Positions 21,601 to 31,546 are shown, counted from the first letter of the stretch. The stretch is DNA of 64,000 nt from Caecitellus pseudoparvulus (GCA_965644315.1 CBFFRQ010000018.1:930001-994000), one strand, 5' to 3'. Numbers and translations are program-made. The notes: generated from the sequence alone by a model not told the origin.

Positions 21601-24229
21601 GCCACCCCCTGCGTCCTTTGACAAGAGGGACGTGGAGCGTGTAAACGTCAGCCTCACACTCATTTCCGGGCAAAGTGTTGTCGCCGCGGCCGCCGTGAGC
21701 TACACGTTGCCCCCTCGCCCACCTGTATCTGCTCCAACAGACCCATGTGTGTTCAGGGCAGCTGATGCGGTAGCGAGTGTCTTGTTTAAGTGGCAAGACG
21801 ACAGAGTGACAGAGGTGCACCCCGTGCAGCAGTGGGTGATCACATATACCGACACGCCATGGGCTCCGCTTGATGATCAGCGCTCACGCCTGCGTGCCAT
21901 ACTGTCAGGAGCCGCAGAAGTGTCCAGCGTGGACCCAGATGCACCTGGGGAGGCCGTGCTGGAGGCGTGCCCCCACACCCTGCAGGCCATGCACGGGACT
22001 TCCGGGCTCTTGGTGTTGATTTCCTTGCCCGGCATTCCTGAAAGACCCCACTGGCTGCGAGTCTCGGCGTCCACTGGAGTGGCAGGGCAGCTGCTTCCAG
22101 GACCAAGGAGTGTAGCGGCCGGGCCCTTATTCGCTCGCTGTTCCTCTGGGGGTGAGACTGAGCAGTTCCTATCAACTCACCTGTATCGCCCTCCAGGCAA
22201 CCGGCACCAGCACTGGCGCAACGTGCTGTGCATGCCGTGTCCTGAAGGCGGCAAGTGTGGAGGCGCTCCTGCTGAAGCTGTGGTGCCTCTGCAGGGCTGG
22301 TTTCGCGCAGCGTGGGCTGGAGACCACCCAGTGTTCGTGAAGTGCCCCATTCCGGCGGCGTGTCCGAGAACGGACCTGAAGGTGGTCAACGTAAGTCAAC
22401 TGCAGTACTTACAGCCCCCACAAGGCGCTCACGCCGCACAAGCGCCGCCCGCGGCGTTCACTGCGTACATGCCCGCATCCACCCTGACTGGCAACGCGTC
22501 CAGTGCAGACACATCAGCTGCATCGGATCCTACTATCGTTCAGTGTGCTAATGGCTTTGACGGGCGCCTGTGCGGGGTGTGTGGCTCTGGTTTCACCATG
22601 GCAGGCGGCAACAATTGTGTGAAGTGTCCCCATGCTTCGCTTGCTTGGCTGCAGCTGTTTGGTGGGCTGCTGCTCATTTGCGCAGGCTTGGCATACCTCA
22701 TTAGCACCACCTTGGCCTCTCGAGGTGAGCCTACTAAGCCATATATCGCCCTCAACAAGCTACTCTTCACTCATTTGCAGCAGGTTGGAATTGCCGCCGC
22801 CTTTCCATACTCATGGCCACCAGCCCTGCGTGGGCTCTTTGAAGCGTTCGATGCGACGTCATCTGTGTCCGACGCAATCATCAGCGTGGATTGCATCCTG
22901 CCTACGGCGGCGTCGGTCTTCACGTCTTCTAGGTACGCTCAACTCGCACTGCCCATCGTGCTCCTCGCCGGTATTGCTTGCTTCTGGGCTGTCATAGGCG
23001 CCTGGCGTGACAGGTCAAGTTCAGTTCCGCTTCCTGCCCTGGCGAGCACCACAACAGGGGCTAGCAAGGTTCCTTCCGGCGGTCGCATCGATCAGGAGGA
23101 CCCGGCAGCACAACAAATAATCAACCCGCTGACGCAGCAGCCCATCGTGAGGGGCAAGCGCAAGTCGCGCAGGGCCACTGCCCGAGCGAGCATCATCGCT
23201 GCGGCAGTTGCTGCAGCAGCAGCCCCATCCTCTGGCTCCAAGGTGAAGCTGCCCGCCTTGACCAGCTTCGTGGTGTCCACCATCGTGGCTCTTTTCGTGC
23301 TGCACCTGTCCCTGGTCCGGGCGTCGCTGTCTCTCGTGACTTGCGTGGGGGTGGGTGGCCGGCGATTCCTGGCTGGCGACTTGAACATCGACTGTGACGA
23401 CCCGCAGCAGTACTTGACACCACAAGCCATCGGACTGGTTTCCCTTGTCGTGTATGGTGTGGGCATTCCCGCTGCTGGGTTTTACATCTTGTTGTCGAAG
23501 CGCAAGGAGCTGAGTGCTCCCGAAGTACGGGCCACCTACGGCTTTCTGTACATCACATACACTCCTGAGAGGTACTTTTGGGAGGTGCTGGTGCAGGCAC
23601 GCAAGTTCGCCTTGGCGTTAACATCTGTGCTGCTGGCCCCGGTCGGGGTGGGCATGCAGACTTGCTGTGCGATGGTGCTGCTCGTAGGCTGCCTCATCCT
23701 GCAGGAGCGCGCACAGCCCTTCCGCATGAGCATGTTGAACATGCTGGAGTCATGCTCTATCGCAGTGTCTGTCGCTTCTCTCGCTGGCGGAGCAGCACTT
23801 GTAGATGCCCAAGTGCCAGCTGATGTCAAGCAGGCGGTATCGGTCCTGCTCATTGCCCTTAACGTGGCCTTCGTGCTCACCATGGTGGGTCTTTTGTGTC
23901 GGTCAGTTGCCAGTCACTCCCCGGCGCGTGCTGCAGTGCGCAGACTTGCCCGGGCAGCCAGCAGGCTTGGTCGCTTGGGCGGCGGCCCCGCTTCAGTGGC
24001 GAAGGCGGGCGGCGACAAGCCCAGAGCTCCTGCCCCAGGAAAGGTCAGTGTGTTGGTTCCACCCAGCCCCGCATCCGCTGCCCCCGTGAAGGCCCTCACA
24101 GCTGACCAGCGAGTCGCGCGTGTCGCACACATGCACGCTCTCAGCAAGGCTGTCCGACGTCCCACAGGCCTTGCCAAACCCATGCAGCAGAAGACTCAAC
24201 CTGCCAAACAAGCTTCCCCTGCTTCTTGA
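15608..24229 (+). CDS. Giant intronless membrane protein: signal peptide, about 14 RCC1-like repeats, IPT/TIG domains, Cys-rich region, multi-pass TM C-terminus
   Basis: Repeats of (V/I)SAG..HTCA(L/V)...G.V.CWG...GQLG at about 16700-19350; IPT/TIG-like units (PAITRVSPSLAAPGTQVTILGEHLG, PRINTVEPT); CMPCPEGGKC and QCANGFDGRLCGVC; several hydrophobic helices plus YGFLYITYTPERYFWE. Exact start ATG uncertain. Confidence 0.85.
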   Translation: MVSVRAPGWPAASLVMGGRKGFRCCHAAAPLLLVLALWWPCRLAGEPPFSEVGLRFLSYSAVPHGARCHTAQLPAAFAVGSGVSPPGDPSGNQLETHIEAASAQLCLQDEYLRLDTALNFSGHLPPGPQPFVEYSASLLLAAYVEVSALQLSHANSSMRTVWSSQFIELPAWGDLSEVNVTLHAPANLVMLAVARWTAGTFEPIIACRGILVRRRRGWQRLHAPDLCASGALVGHPISSSHDLQPGVNVSYPDEHHPAAWPSAGSALVRGVLHIPLQEVFIPWQEAARSQPAIEDAHAAPTPQLQVGAVRLVSVGRTTGTYEPPRIAAALANSTWFHVPGPHASQFQQTEPSFVPMRPVSLGVISVSASDQHTCAIFVGGRMKCWGSNLDRALFEIGEGKLGYANVTSLGEGEPLSEVPFMRWGARVAHVAAGPVHTCAALETGALHCWGEGSLGALGNGGFTNVGFAQDAWSQPPVPVGGHTIAAACGQAHTCALDDQGDVRCWGSFVASKRNGIIHFYLGVLGQPGVSQLPDAAQAQPLDLPAPAVAISAGLRYTCALHEEGEVTCWGDGGADDLLSGGAGQLGYGHTDQVGFVQAPSQAGFVPVGAPARALSAGAWHVCAVLDSGHVRCWGANGFISSVEAGGVPLTFHSRGRLGTGDDQSYGDDEPASAAPLVDLPEPAVDVCAGFASSCALLVSGHVICWGGNTLSEAGGMPVFVTATGTQYIRSVGSTRSASLQGPVSLPGNGQATALACGWLHSVVVLVSGEMQQMGTRDAGLPGLGRLARDHYGEFEPIRFAGVIPAGYGTGKPAEPIRSLRLKPARHGEATHVSVSHKHVCIVTSWGGVKCWGDNSHLALGRGSEGGPHFSFEGSVGDDEFAFYQMGVYTLGRARSVHTTTGFSCVLHEQGTFECWGSNEFQQLGYRYETDTTSMLPSAVSKHRFVNFPPLTYVACGYHTTCVITEAGRLACFGLNHYGEAGHARSTTPDGVAYPQTLHARLQNGSDAYVDLLAPVSRVSIGGGHTCAVLVDGRVQCFGRNEWGQRGLLFAVNNVPPTIGLTEAQRFTNPGGDSAMGWTEVPNDFGAVKLPNGTFVIDISCGAGHTCALTSTGEVVCWGKGGVGLGIARSGWLGYGNPDSVGDSPERPINQTVQLSGRAVGISAGIFHTCAVLHTGQVQCWGEGVRGELGLGNVKSVGDDETPAQAGVAQFPRTVLQVAAGRSSTCVLLKGGYVHCIGLSEQGQGGIGNDVSVSTGDLPRFMRTPRPMALDLSANLLLGPVSPIVRVVGSKVAWRSIIQVVACPACAANELLSLPRWLILAMKGGQEVDLPLPEAAAGGPCRQLPTSANEPDGSSLLGEHTRICRVYTKCLEPQDVTVAGSSNPFLRTCQWPEAWLMADLLRISKVTSGGTSQQLSSLPSRGGVSVSLHGAFWPILALDGESSTVSRSWVAIGNSTCAELRLMSTNRLFCIAPALPAANVSGGLDLFLHHSIVDVPSPVISAPAARVYYSQPTLSRIDVVGESSLAPITAPATIIVRGNHLGRAQESAEGAGSWTLPPAALQVRVYSSESGEAAFLYNCPVFHASSFDTEIMCELPGGMEGMLWIGVEVAGQVAPQRVLVCRQAPRVQGVFPTYLLPAPTAFAPGQRTANVTVFGSGFLPPGTPLAPSDFSVSIAGALCPLVLPDNSSMIHCVGLPLDAISPLTARQDAVQVFVLGRKAEVDGTVQLDVLQPRINTVEPTSLAAGGNQTLRIFGELGRAPDDIVSASVGNATCSLAPHEPPAAGALTVHCFTPPAHLACGSAAACRQQRQNVSVQLRTGLTLQAPPGSNALYLLPEVLSVSLFSSDGSAVESMMLGMPNVSMTYTLQVRGTGLGNLEQPELTTLLILGEPCTILGGIQTLASSGELSCVGFDTQGLQLIDGVSPLEVRSAGYVDQSSRLQIMGHPAITRVSPSLAAPGTQVTILGEHLGVRASDVDSVRVGSVPVTWAWESASSISFNLPPPASFDKRDVERVNVSLTLISGQSVVAAAAVSYTLPPRPPVSAPTDPCVFRAADAVASVLFKWQDDRVTEVHPVQQWVITYTDTPWAPLDDQRSRLRAILSGAAEVSSVDPDAPGEAVLEACPHTLQAMHGTSGLLVLISLPGIPERPHWLRVSASTGVAGQLLPGPRSVAAGPLFARCSSGGETEQFLSTHLYRPPGNRHQHWRNVLCMPCPEGGKCGGAPAEAVVPLQGWFRAAWAGDHPVFVKCPIPAACPRTDLKVVNVSQLQYLQPPQGAHAAQAPPAAFTAYMPASTLTGNASSADTSAASDPTIVQCANGFDGRLCGVCGSGFTMAGGNNCVKCPHASLAWLQLFGGLLLICAGLAYLISTTLASRGEPTKPYIALNKLLFTHLQQVGIAAAFPYSWPPALRGLFEAFDATSSVSDAIISVDCILPTAASVFTSSRYAQLALPIVLLAGIACFWAVIGAWRDRSSSVPLPALASTTTGASKVPSGGRIDQEDPAAQQIINPLTQQPIVRGKRKSRRATARASIIAAAVAAAAAPSSGSKVKLPALTSFVVSTIVALFVLHLSLVRASLSLVTCVGVGGRRFLAGDLNIDCDDPQQYLTPQAIGLVSLVVYGVGIPAAGFYILLSKRKELSAPEVRATYGFLYITYTPERYFWEVLVQARKFALALTSVLLAPVGVGMQTCCAMVLLVGCLILQERAQPFRMSMLNMLESCSIAVSVASLAGGAALVDAQVPADVKQAVSVLLIALNVAFVLTMVGLLCRSVASHSPARAAVRRLARAASRLGRLGGGPASVAKAGGDKPRAPAPGKVSVLVPPSPASAAPVKALTADQRVARVAHMHALSKAVRRPTGLAKPMQQKTQPAKQASPAS

Positions 24230-24352
24230 TTTTAGCGCTAAATGCATGTATTTTGTCTGGCCGGCTGCCTTTTCCAGCACAGCAACCCATGCGCGGCTGC
24301 CTCGTGCCAGCTGCTGCTCCCTCTGGCCCTGGCAAGACAACGGCAGCGGGCC

Positions 24353-27300
24353 ATGGCAGCCTCCCCGGCCCCAGTGCCGCCCCAGTTCACGCTTCTCATT
24401 AAGGCATGTCAGGAGGGAGACTTAGATGCAGTCAAGGCGCTGTGGCGTCCACGATACGTGGATGTGCGTGGCCAGCTACCTGCGGTATTTGAATAGTGCC
24501 CCGCAGCACACTCCCCCGGCCCTTGCAGGACTTCCAACGCATGGGCAAAGACGAGCTGGCACACCCTCTCTTGCATGCAACACACTACATCAAGGCAGAT
24601 GTGGTGGAGTTCCTCCTTGAGTGTGGACTGCACCCTGGCAAGCGGGGCACGGTCCTGCCGTACACAGGGGATGGTTTCGTCGTCTCAGAGCTCCGGGCAG
24701 TCAGCCCCGTGCAATTGGCGAGTCGCATGGTTGCCCAGATGGCAGGAGCCCGAAAGTCGAAGAAGAAGACAGCCCTCCTCAAGGTGCAGAGCATGCTGCA
24801 GGACGCCCACGATGTGCTGGCAGTGGAAGCCGCCAGTTCCCTCGCTTCGTCCCCCTCCGCGACACTGGAGGGCACCATGGCGACGCCCACCTCTCGCCGG
24901 TCAGCTCGCAGCACTGCAGGGGGATCTGCCCCGCGATCCGGCCCCGCTGCCACGCCCTCCACAGACCGCTCCCGAGGGAGCATGGTGCCCGAGCCGCGGG
25001 GTGTCTTCTCCCCCGGCCCCACCCCTTCCCCCCCTCCGCCCAAGGCCAGCACCGGATCTGGCGGACAACCAGCAAGGGCGGGCGACACGGGACAAGGCGA
25101 CGCGCCCTCCCCTTCTGGGGACGAGCGCCCGGTGGCTGCTTCCCTCGCCAGCGCACTGGAGGCCGCGGCAGGCCCGCCCAAGGCCACCCTGCCCAGCCTT
25201 GCCTCGGTCCTGGCGTCCAGGACCATGGCCTCCACTCCAGCCAAGACAGCGGACACAAAGGCAGCTGACGTACTCCCCACTCCACCTAAGCGCCCAGCCC
25301 TGCCCTCTCTCGCTGCGCCGGCGCAACCGGAGGTACCAGCGCACCCCCCTCTTGCTCTGCGGCCTCTCGTCGCAGTGCTGCCTGTGGCGGGGAAGGACCC
25401 CGGAGCGCCTCTCCGCGCAACCACACCCTCGAACCTTATGAAAGGACAAGTTGACGGGGTCGTGCACTCCAAAGCGGGTGCCCGCGATGCGCTGCACAGT
25501 CTTCCCGTCATCGCCAGCTCCCTGCCTGCGCAAGCAAACGAGGCCTTCCTCCTGCCTGCGCTGGTGCTGGCACTCTGGCAGCAAGGTGATAGTTGCACGC
25601 AAGGCATGGCCCTGGCTGCTGGTTGGAGCGCATGGGTGGAGCGCATGGCGGAGCACGCGACGGAAGTCGAAGGAGTGCTGGGCGAGCTCCACCCCAAGGG
25701 CACTGCAGCTTGGGCGTCAGCGGCGTTGACGGCACTGCAGCGACTGGGCCTCTTCGGAAGCGTGGCTATACACTGCATGTCAGCTCCGCCTGACTCTGCT
25801 GGTGGGTGGCAGAGCCTCGCCCCCCCCCTTACGAATGCCCCCGCTGGAGGTGCGCTGGATGGCACGCACCATGGGAATGGTCAATTCGCTTACGTGGCAG
25901 AGGCAGGCGATGCACATGCCCGCCCGTCCCCTGCTTTGGCGGGCACACATATGCCGCACTTGGTCCTGGCAGAGCAGCAGGCAGCGCCAGGTGACTCCAC
26001 GCGCAAACGGAGCAGGCAGGAGGGCACTGCCACAGACGCACTGCTGGACACCCCCAGCAAGCAGGTTGCAGATCCAAAAAGTGACACACATGCAGCCTTG
26101 CGAGGCATTGCTCGCCTCTTGTCTGCGATGGTCGGCTGCTCAGTCGACGTGCAGGGGGTGCTCGCCGAGGCAAGGTTGCGCGGGTTCGGCAGGTGCCTCA
26201 CGGGGGGCGTCACGTCGCATGCTGGCTGGCGCCCGGGTGTCTGTGTGCTGCCGTCCTCCTTGCAGGGCGTCTCTGTGCCCATCGTAGTGGTACAGCACCA
26301 CAGCGCGGTGCAGGAGTGGCAGTGTGCGGCAGTTGCCGAGCACGGCTGCTTGGACAGCACTGAGACCCAGCAAGCCCTGCTGCAGCGCTTGGAGTCCCTC
26401 TCCAAGCCCTCCTCCATGGGGCAAGATCCGCCGTGCTGGCCAGCAGTGCCCTGTGCGGGGGCTGTGTCCAGCTTCCAAGCGCTGCTGCAGTGCATTCGAG
26501 GAGAGGTGGGGGGCGGCCAGGCAGTCGTGGCAGTGGGCCTGCCGCCGGCTGTCCTGCTGCCTGCTTCGGTGCGGCCAAAGCCAGGCCAGGCGTGGGCGAT
26601 GTTTGAATCCCTGCAGGCTCTTGTGCAATGGGGCGAAGCGTGGTGGCCAGTGACTGACCACCCTCGCGTTGCAGCTGCGCTGGCAGTGGCGGCACGGGAC
26701 CTCGCCCGGGGAGCGCAGCCGCGGCGCATCTTAGATGTGCCTCCCTTTGCTGCCCTTGGGGCACCGCCTGACCTGCCGCAGCACCTGTGCCGGTACAGTG
26801 CCCCTGTCTTCCCTCGGCAAGTGCGCTTTGGCGGCGCCGGCGCCCCGGGCATCAGAGGCTTCGTGCCGACAGCACTGGCGGACCTTGTTCGGAGCACCTT
26901 TGAGGAGTCAAAAACGTTGGCCAAGCAGCAGCCCGACAGTGCTGGGGCTCGGCGCCGCGGCAGAAGCGCCACGGAGGCTGAGCCCACCTCGCCAACCTCA
27001 GACTCCGCACTGCCGGGGTTGATGGCAGAGGCGCTGGCACCCTACGTCACGGACGCAGCTGCGCCTGCCCTGCCTCGCACTGTGACGGGGCTGAGCCCGG
27101 GCGCGATCCACCTCCGCCCCGCTCTCAGCCGCATACTGCGAGATGGCTCCCCTGCACCCTGGCGCCCGGTAGCCTTGCCTGGCCCAGCTGACGAGCTGCT
27201 GCTGTGGTTTCCACACGCGGTGGGGTCTCCCTTAGCAGTGCTGGCGGCCACACCGTGCAGTGAGGGGCGCGTGGTGCCTGGGGACCTGCGGCTGGAGTGG

Positions 27301-28212
27301 GCTGACGCGCCTGGAACACGGGAGGAGGCGGAGGAACGTGGTGGGCTGCTGAGCGTGGCTTTGCGGCAGCAACGTGCGGCCCACATCCCACCTCGTGTGA
27401 GAGCAGACGGCGGTGGTGTCGTTGGGGGCTGGGGAGCCGATCCGCCGCGCTGTGAAGGCACCTGGCAGCAGCCGGGCGATGGGACGCAGTCGGTGGGGTG
27501 CTTGGGTGTGCACGGCGCACGCCAGCGCGCCGCAGCAGATCTGGGCACCGCGGCCTGGCGCAAAGTGTACCCCATCGTGCAGTTCATCAGAGCAGCGGCA
27601 GGCAGCCTGCCCTTGGCTGCTGATGCTGACTTGCTCAAAGCCCAGCGGCCGCTGCGGCCCACCCAAGTACAGGTGGTGGTGCGCCTGCCCCTGCTGCCCA
27701 GTGGCATCGTGGAGGTGCTTGAGGTGAGTGACAGTGAAGAACGCTCTGATGCAGGGTCAGATGAAGACATCGAGGTGACAGCGCCGCCACCGCCAGCTCA
27801 GGCGAGTGTGCCACACCGACCGCTAGAGGTTGACATGGCGCCTTGTGGCCTGGCTGCTTGGTGCGCCGCCCTTCTGCAGGCCATGTCCGGGGAGATGGTG
27901 CATTCGTGCTTTGGAACAGGTCACACCCTGCACCTGCGTGGAGCCCCTCAAGAGCCGTCTGCACACCTTCCTGTGGTCTGTCCCGGTGTTCAGCTTGTGC
28001 ACACTGGGGACGGCGACCCCTGGGTGGTGCTGGCGGTGGAACTACGCCCAGCAGCCCATCGAGGCGATCGACTCCTGTGCATGCCCGGCATGCCTCGCAC
28101 AGCGCACAGCAGCCACCTCGCAGAGGCTCTGCCCGCTGCAGCCCAGCCAGCCGCCGCTGACCTGCGCCGCCAAGTGCCCCCTGCGCTGCCTCCCAAGAAA
28201 CGCAGGCGTTGA
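24353..28212 (+). CDS. Hypothetical protein with N-terminal ankyrin-like repeats and C-terminal basic NLS (exons 24353-24463, 24529-28212)
   Basis: LLIKACQEGDLDAVKALW joined over a GTGCGT..TTGCAG intron to HPLLHATHYIKADVVEFLLECG; ends PPKKRRR. Confidence 0.65.
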
Positions 28213-28386
28213 AGGGGTACACGCACAATTCATGGCGCAACCACCTCCGCTGGCATGTAGATCAATTCCTCTGGCTGTCCCCTCCCTGACAAGCCGCACA
28301 CTCTCGCGCCTTGCCAGGCCGCAGCGGCGTGTGTGCGGAAAACGGACCACGCACTGACGGCACGAGGGCGCGCACAGCTCCACACC

Positions 28387-29362
28387 ATGGCAGTGGCTGC
28401 CATGCTCTCTCGAGGCAGTGCATCCCTGGCTCGTTTGCACACTTCAGCGTTGAGGGCGGCTGCCTCTTCCCTCAGCTCGTGCCATGTTCAGCACGGGCGG
28501 CACATGTCCGCTGGCGCTGATGGTGGCAGCGGCTCCAAGCGCGCCGAGCGCGATGACACGACTTGGGCTGCTTTCGACGACCCTGACTTCCTGGGGGAGG
28601 ATTTCTCCAGTGTAAAGCCAGAGAACGTGGGCCGAGCTAAGAGCCGCGTCTCTGCGGCCGACCGTGCAGCTTTCCTGGAGCAGCTGGAAGATGACCCGGA
28701 CATGCAGCTGGAGGCGGGCGAGCACCACGCATGGGACCCCGAGGCGTGGCCTGCCGAGAGCAGCCGCGTCAAGGCCATGCCCCACTGGATGATGATGCAG
28801 TATGCGCAGTCGGAGCTGGAGTCGGACGCGGAAGGCACTGACTTTGAAGACAACTCCAAGCTGGTATGCCCCGCCATGGCGACCGCCGCGCCCACCGCCG
28901 CGCCAGCACCCCACCGCACTGCGCCCCCCCCTTCCACAGCATGCCATCAAGGTGAAGGAGCTCAAGCGCGATGCTCAAGGCCGCGCAGGCGCCTATGGTG
29001 GGCGCAAGACCTCGTCTGCGTACGCCTGGGTCAAGGCCGGCGACGGCGGCTTCTCCGTCAACCGCACCCCCCTCGCGTACTACTTTTCGGGGCTGGAGGA
29101 GCGGAAGATCGCCATGTTCCCCCTCATCGCACTGGAGGCGTGTGGTGGCTTCGATGTCACCGTGTTCGTGCGTGGTGGCGGCGTGATGGGGCAGGCACGC
29201 GCAGTGCGGAACGCCGTGGCGCGTGCATTGGCAGCGTACGACCCCTACTTGAAACCCGTGCTCAAGAAGCACGACCTGCTCAAGCGCGACCCCCGCACGG
29301 TGGAGCGCAAGAAACCAGGCCAGAAGAAGGCCCGCAAAAAGTTCCAGTGGGTCAAGCGCTAG
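28387..29362 (+). CDS. MRPS9: Mitochondrial ribosomal protein uS9m (exons 28387-28863, 28940-29362)
   Basis: Mitochondrial-type presequence; GGRKTSSA, VRGGGVMGQARAVRNAVARAL, LLKRDPRTVERKKPGQKKARKKFQWVKR. Confidence 0.93.
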
Positions 29363-30116
29363 GCGCGCCACTGCAATGCACTGGCTGTCGTGCAGCGCGC
29401 AGGAATGCAGTCAGCTTGCCCTCGTCCAGCTCCCAGCTGCCGGCGTGGCGCAGCTTGCTGCACACGTCCAGGCCTGCAGGGCGCACAGTGCCCACTGCAG
29501 CAGTCGCATTGTCAGGCCCCAGGCCGCCCGCCAGCAGGACAGGGACGGGACTGCCGCGCACGATGGCTGCGCTCGTGGCCCAGTCGTGGGTGCGGCCGGT
29601 ACCCCCCAGCTCCCGCGGGGAGCCTGCGTCAGGCTGCAGGACACCGCTGTCCAAGAGAACAGCGTCGGCGAACTTGCCGGCGACCCCCGCGTAGGCTTCA
29701 TCCTGAGGCTGCCCCGACACGTGCACCACTGGCAGCAGCCCCACAGTGGGGCGCGAGAACAGCCCGCTGGGGTCCACTCGCGGAGCCAGTGGCAGAGCCT
29801 GGGACAGCCATGCCAGCTCGTGTGGAGCCAGGTGGTCCACCACCTGCACTGCGTCCACTCCAGTCGCAGAAGCTTGCATGGCGATGTCTCGCGCGTTGGT
29901 GGCGGAGGTGAGCAGCACCGTTGCCACAGGCAAGTCTTCCACGCGCACGCCAGTCGCGATGCGAGCCACTTCAGGCCAAGAAATGACGCCTGGCCCACTG
30001 GGCATGTTGGAAACAAGACCCACCGCGGATGCGCCTGCTGCAGCGGCCATGCGCGCCTCACCCATGGTCTGAATGCAGCAGACCTTCACCAGAGTCTTGG
30101 TGGGAGCGGCGGCCAT
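29352..30116 (-). CDS. trpF: Phosphoribosylanthranilate isomerase (stand-alone TrpF)
   Basis: VKVCCI, AGASAVGLV, DAVQ, VLLDSG, ELGGTGRTHDW, VLLAGGLGPDN, GLDVCS; intronless. Confidence 0.88.
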   Translation of the reverse strand: MAAAPTKTLVKVCCIQTMGEARMAAAAGASAVGLVSNMPSGPGVISWPEVARIATGVRVEDLPVATVLLTSATNARDIAMQASATGVDAVQVVDHLAPHELAWLSQALPLAPRVDPSGLFSRPTVGLLPVVHVSGQPQDEAYAGVAGKFADAVLLDSGVLQPDAGSPRELGGTGRTHDWATSAAIVRGSPVPVLLAGGLGPDNATAAVGTVRPAGLDVCSKLRHAGSWELDEGKLTAFLRAARQPVHCSGAPSA

Positions 30117-30302
30117 GACGCAAGGCGAGGGAGGCGGGATGCATTGACAGCCGTGGGGTACAACACCCTGGACACATGTTGGACATGTGGAGTAGACAGT
30201 GAGCTGGCGCTAGGCGCATGAGAGGAAGGAATTGGCAGAGCAGCGTCCGTGCCACCGATCAACCCGCGTTTCACAGCCGTTTCACACCGCCCGCCTGCCA
30301 CA

Positions 30303-30988
30303 ATGCGGCCCCTGCTCGCCACCCTGCTGCTGGGACTGCTTGGGAGTTCCCTGGCCTCCACAACGACTGCATTTGGGAGTGCTTATGAGTGGCTTCCGCA
30401 CCGAGAAGGCGTGCAGCTTGCCATGCGCACTGGCAAGCCCATCATGTACCTCGTGCACAAATCCTGGTGTGGTGCGTGCAGAGCAAGCGCACACCAGGCG
30501 CAGGGAGCGTGGAAGTCGTTGTGCCCCCCCAACGTGCAGGTGCCTGCAAAGGATTGAAAACACACTTCAAACTCAGCGAGGACATTGCAGAGCTGTCCAA
30601 ACGCTTTGTACTGATTCAATTCGAGGATGATGAGGAGCCTGACAGTCCCAACTTCAGCCCGGTGCGTGCCAACCCCGCGGCATTCCGCCCTCACACCACC
30701 AGTGCTAGTGTGAGCGAATTTTTTGCCCCGTCTGCTGCTCTCGTTCAGGATGGGCGCTACGTGCCCCGCATTCTCTTTGCCGAGCCCTCTGGGAAAATTC
30801 GACCTGACATCTCCAACGATATGGGAAGCCCAAAGTACAAGCACTTCTACGCGAACCCGGTGGAAGTGCTAGCTGGCATGGAGGTCGCCTTGCAGACTTT
30901 GGAAGGCAGTGGCAGCCCGATCGAGTCTGGGGAGGAGGCTGGCGGGTCGCATGGCAGCAGCGAGACGGAGGCCCAAGACGAGCTCTGA
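30303..30988 (+). CDS. TXNDC12: ER thioredoxin-domain protein TXNDC12/ERp18 (exons 30303-30471, 30540-30661, 30749-30988)
   Basis: Signal peptide; GKPIMYLVHKSWCGACKGLK, EDDEEP..FSPDGRYVPRILF, YKHFY; C-terminal QDEL retention signal. Confidence 0.9.
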
Positions 30989-31546
30989 TCTCCACGGGGC
31001 ACACCCCTGACAGCCCCCCCCCCCGCGAACCTGTTTTCTTCTCGTCCACCCACGTGCTCCAGAGGGGGACGGGCATGGTGTGCAAAGGAGTTGACCATGC
31101 CCCCTGAAGAAGCACACTTGGCCAAGCCCCCACCCGCCCGTAACAGACAACAGCACAAGCTGCCATACGACACAATCCACGCAGCTGCCAGTCGCCTTCT
31201 GTCAGTCGCACCAATATTTTTGAAGCGGCCTTCCTGTCACCCACTGGGCCCCACCGGCACACGACGCTTGACCAGTAAGTGCCGCAGTTTGCAGCTTTGC
31301 TCTCCTGGCTTGTTTCACGTTGCCGAGGCACGGGCTGCATGATAAAAGAGATATATCCAATGCTCAGCTCACGGTGCTTGCTGGCTGTGGCAGCTGTGCT
31401 CGTGGCCGCGTCCACCGCCCCTACAAACATGCACCTGGTTCAAAGTGCAGTGCACATGATCCCCGCCCACCATTGCGGTCCCATCCTCGATGTCTTGGCA
31501 CCGTGTCTGTCTTTGCCACCCCGCAGATTGTTCTGGTCTTTATACC

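Noticed and set aside
31040-31220. LTEGDWQL peptide resembling Cks1 (CDK regulatory subunit)
   Set aside because: The conserved QQS.GW.HY..H.PEPHILLF segment is not found in any frame.
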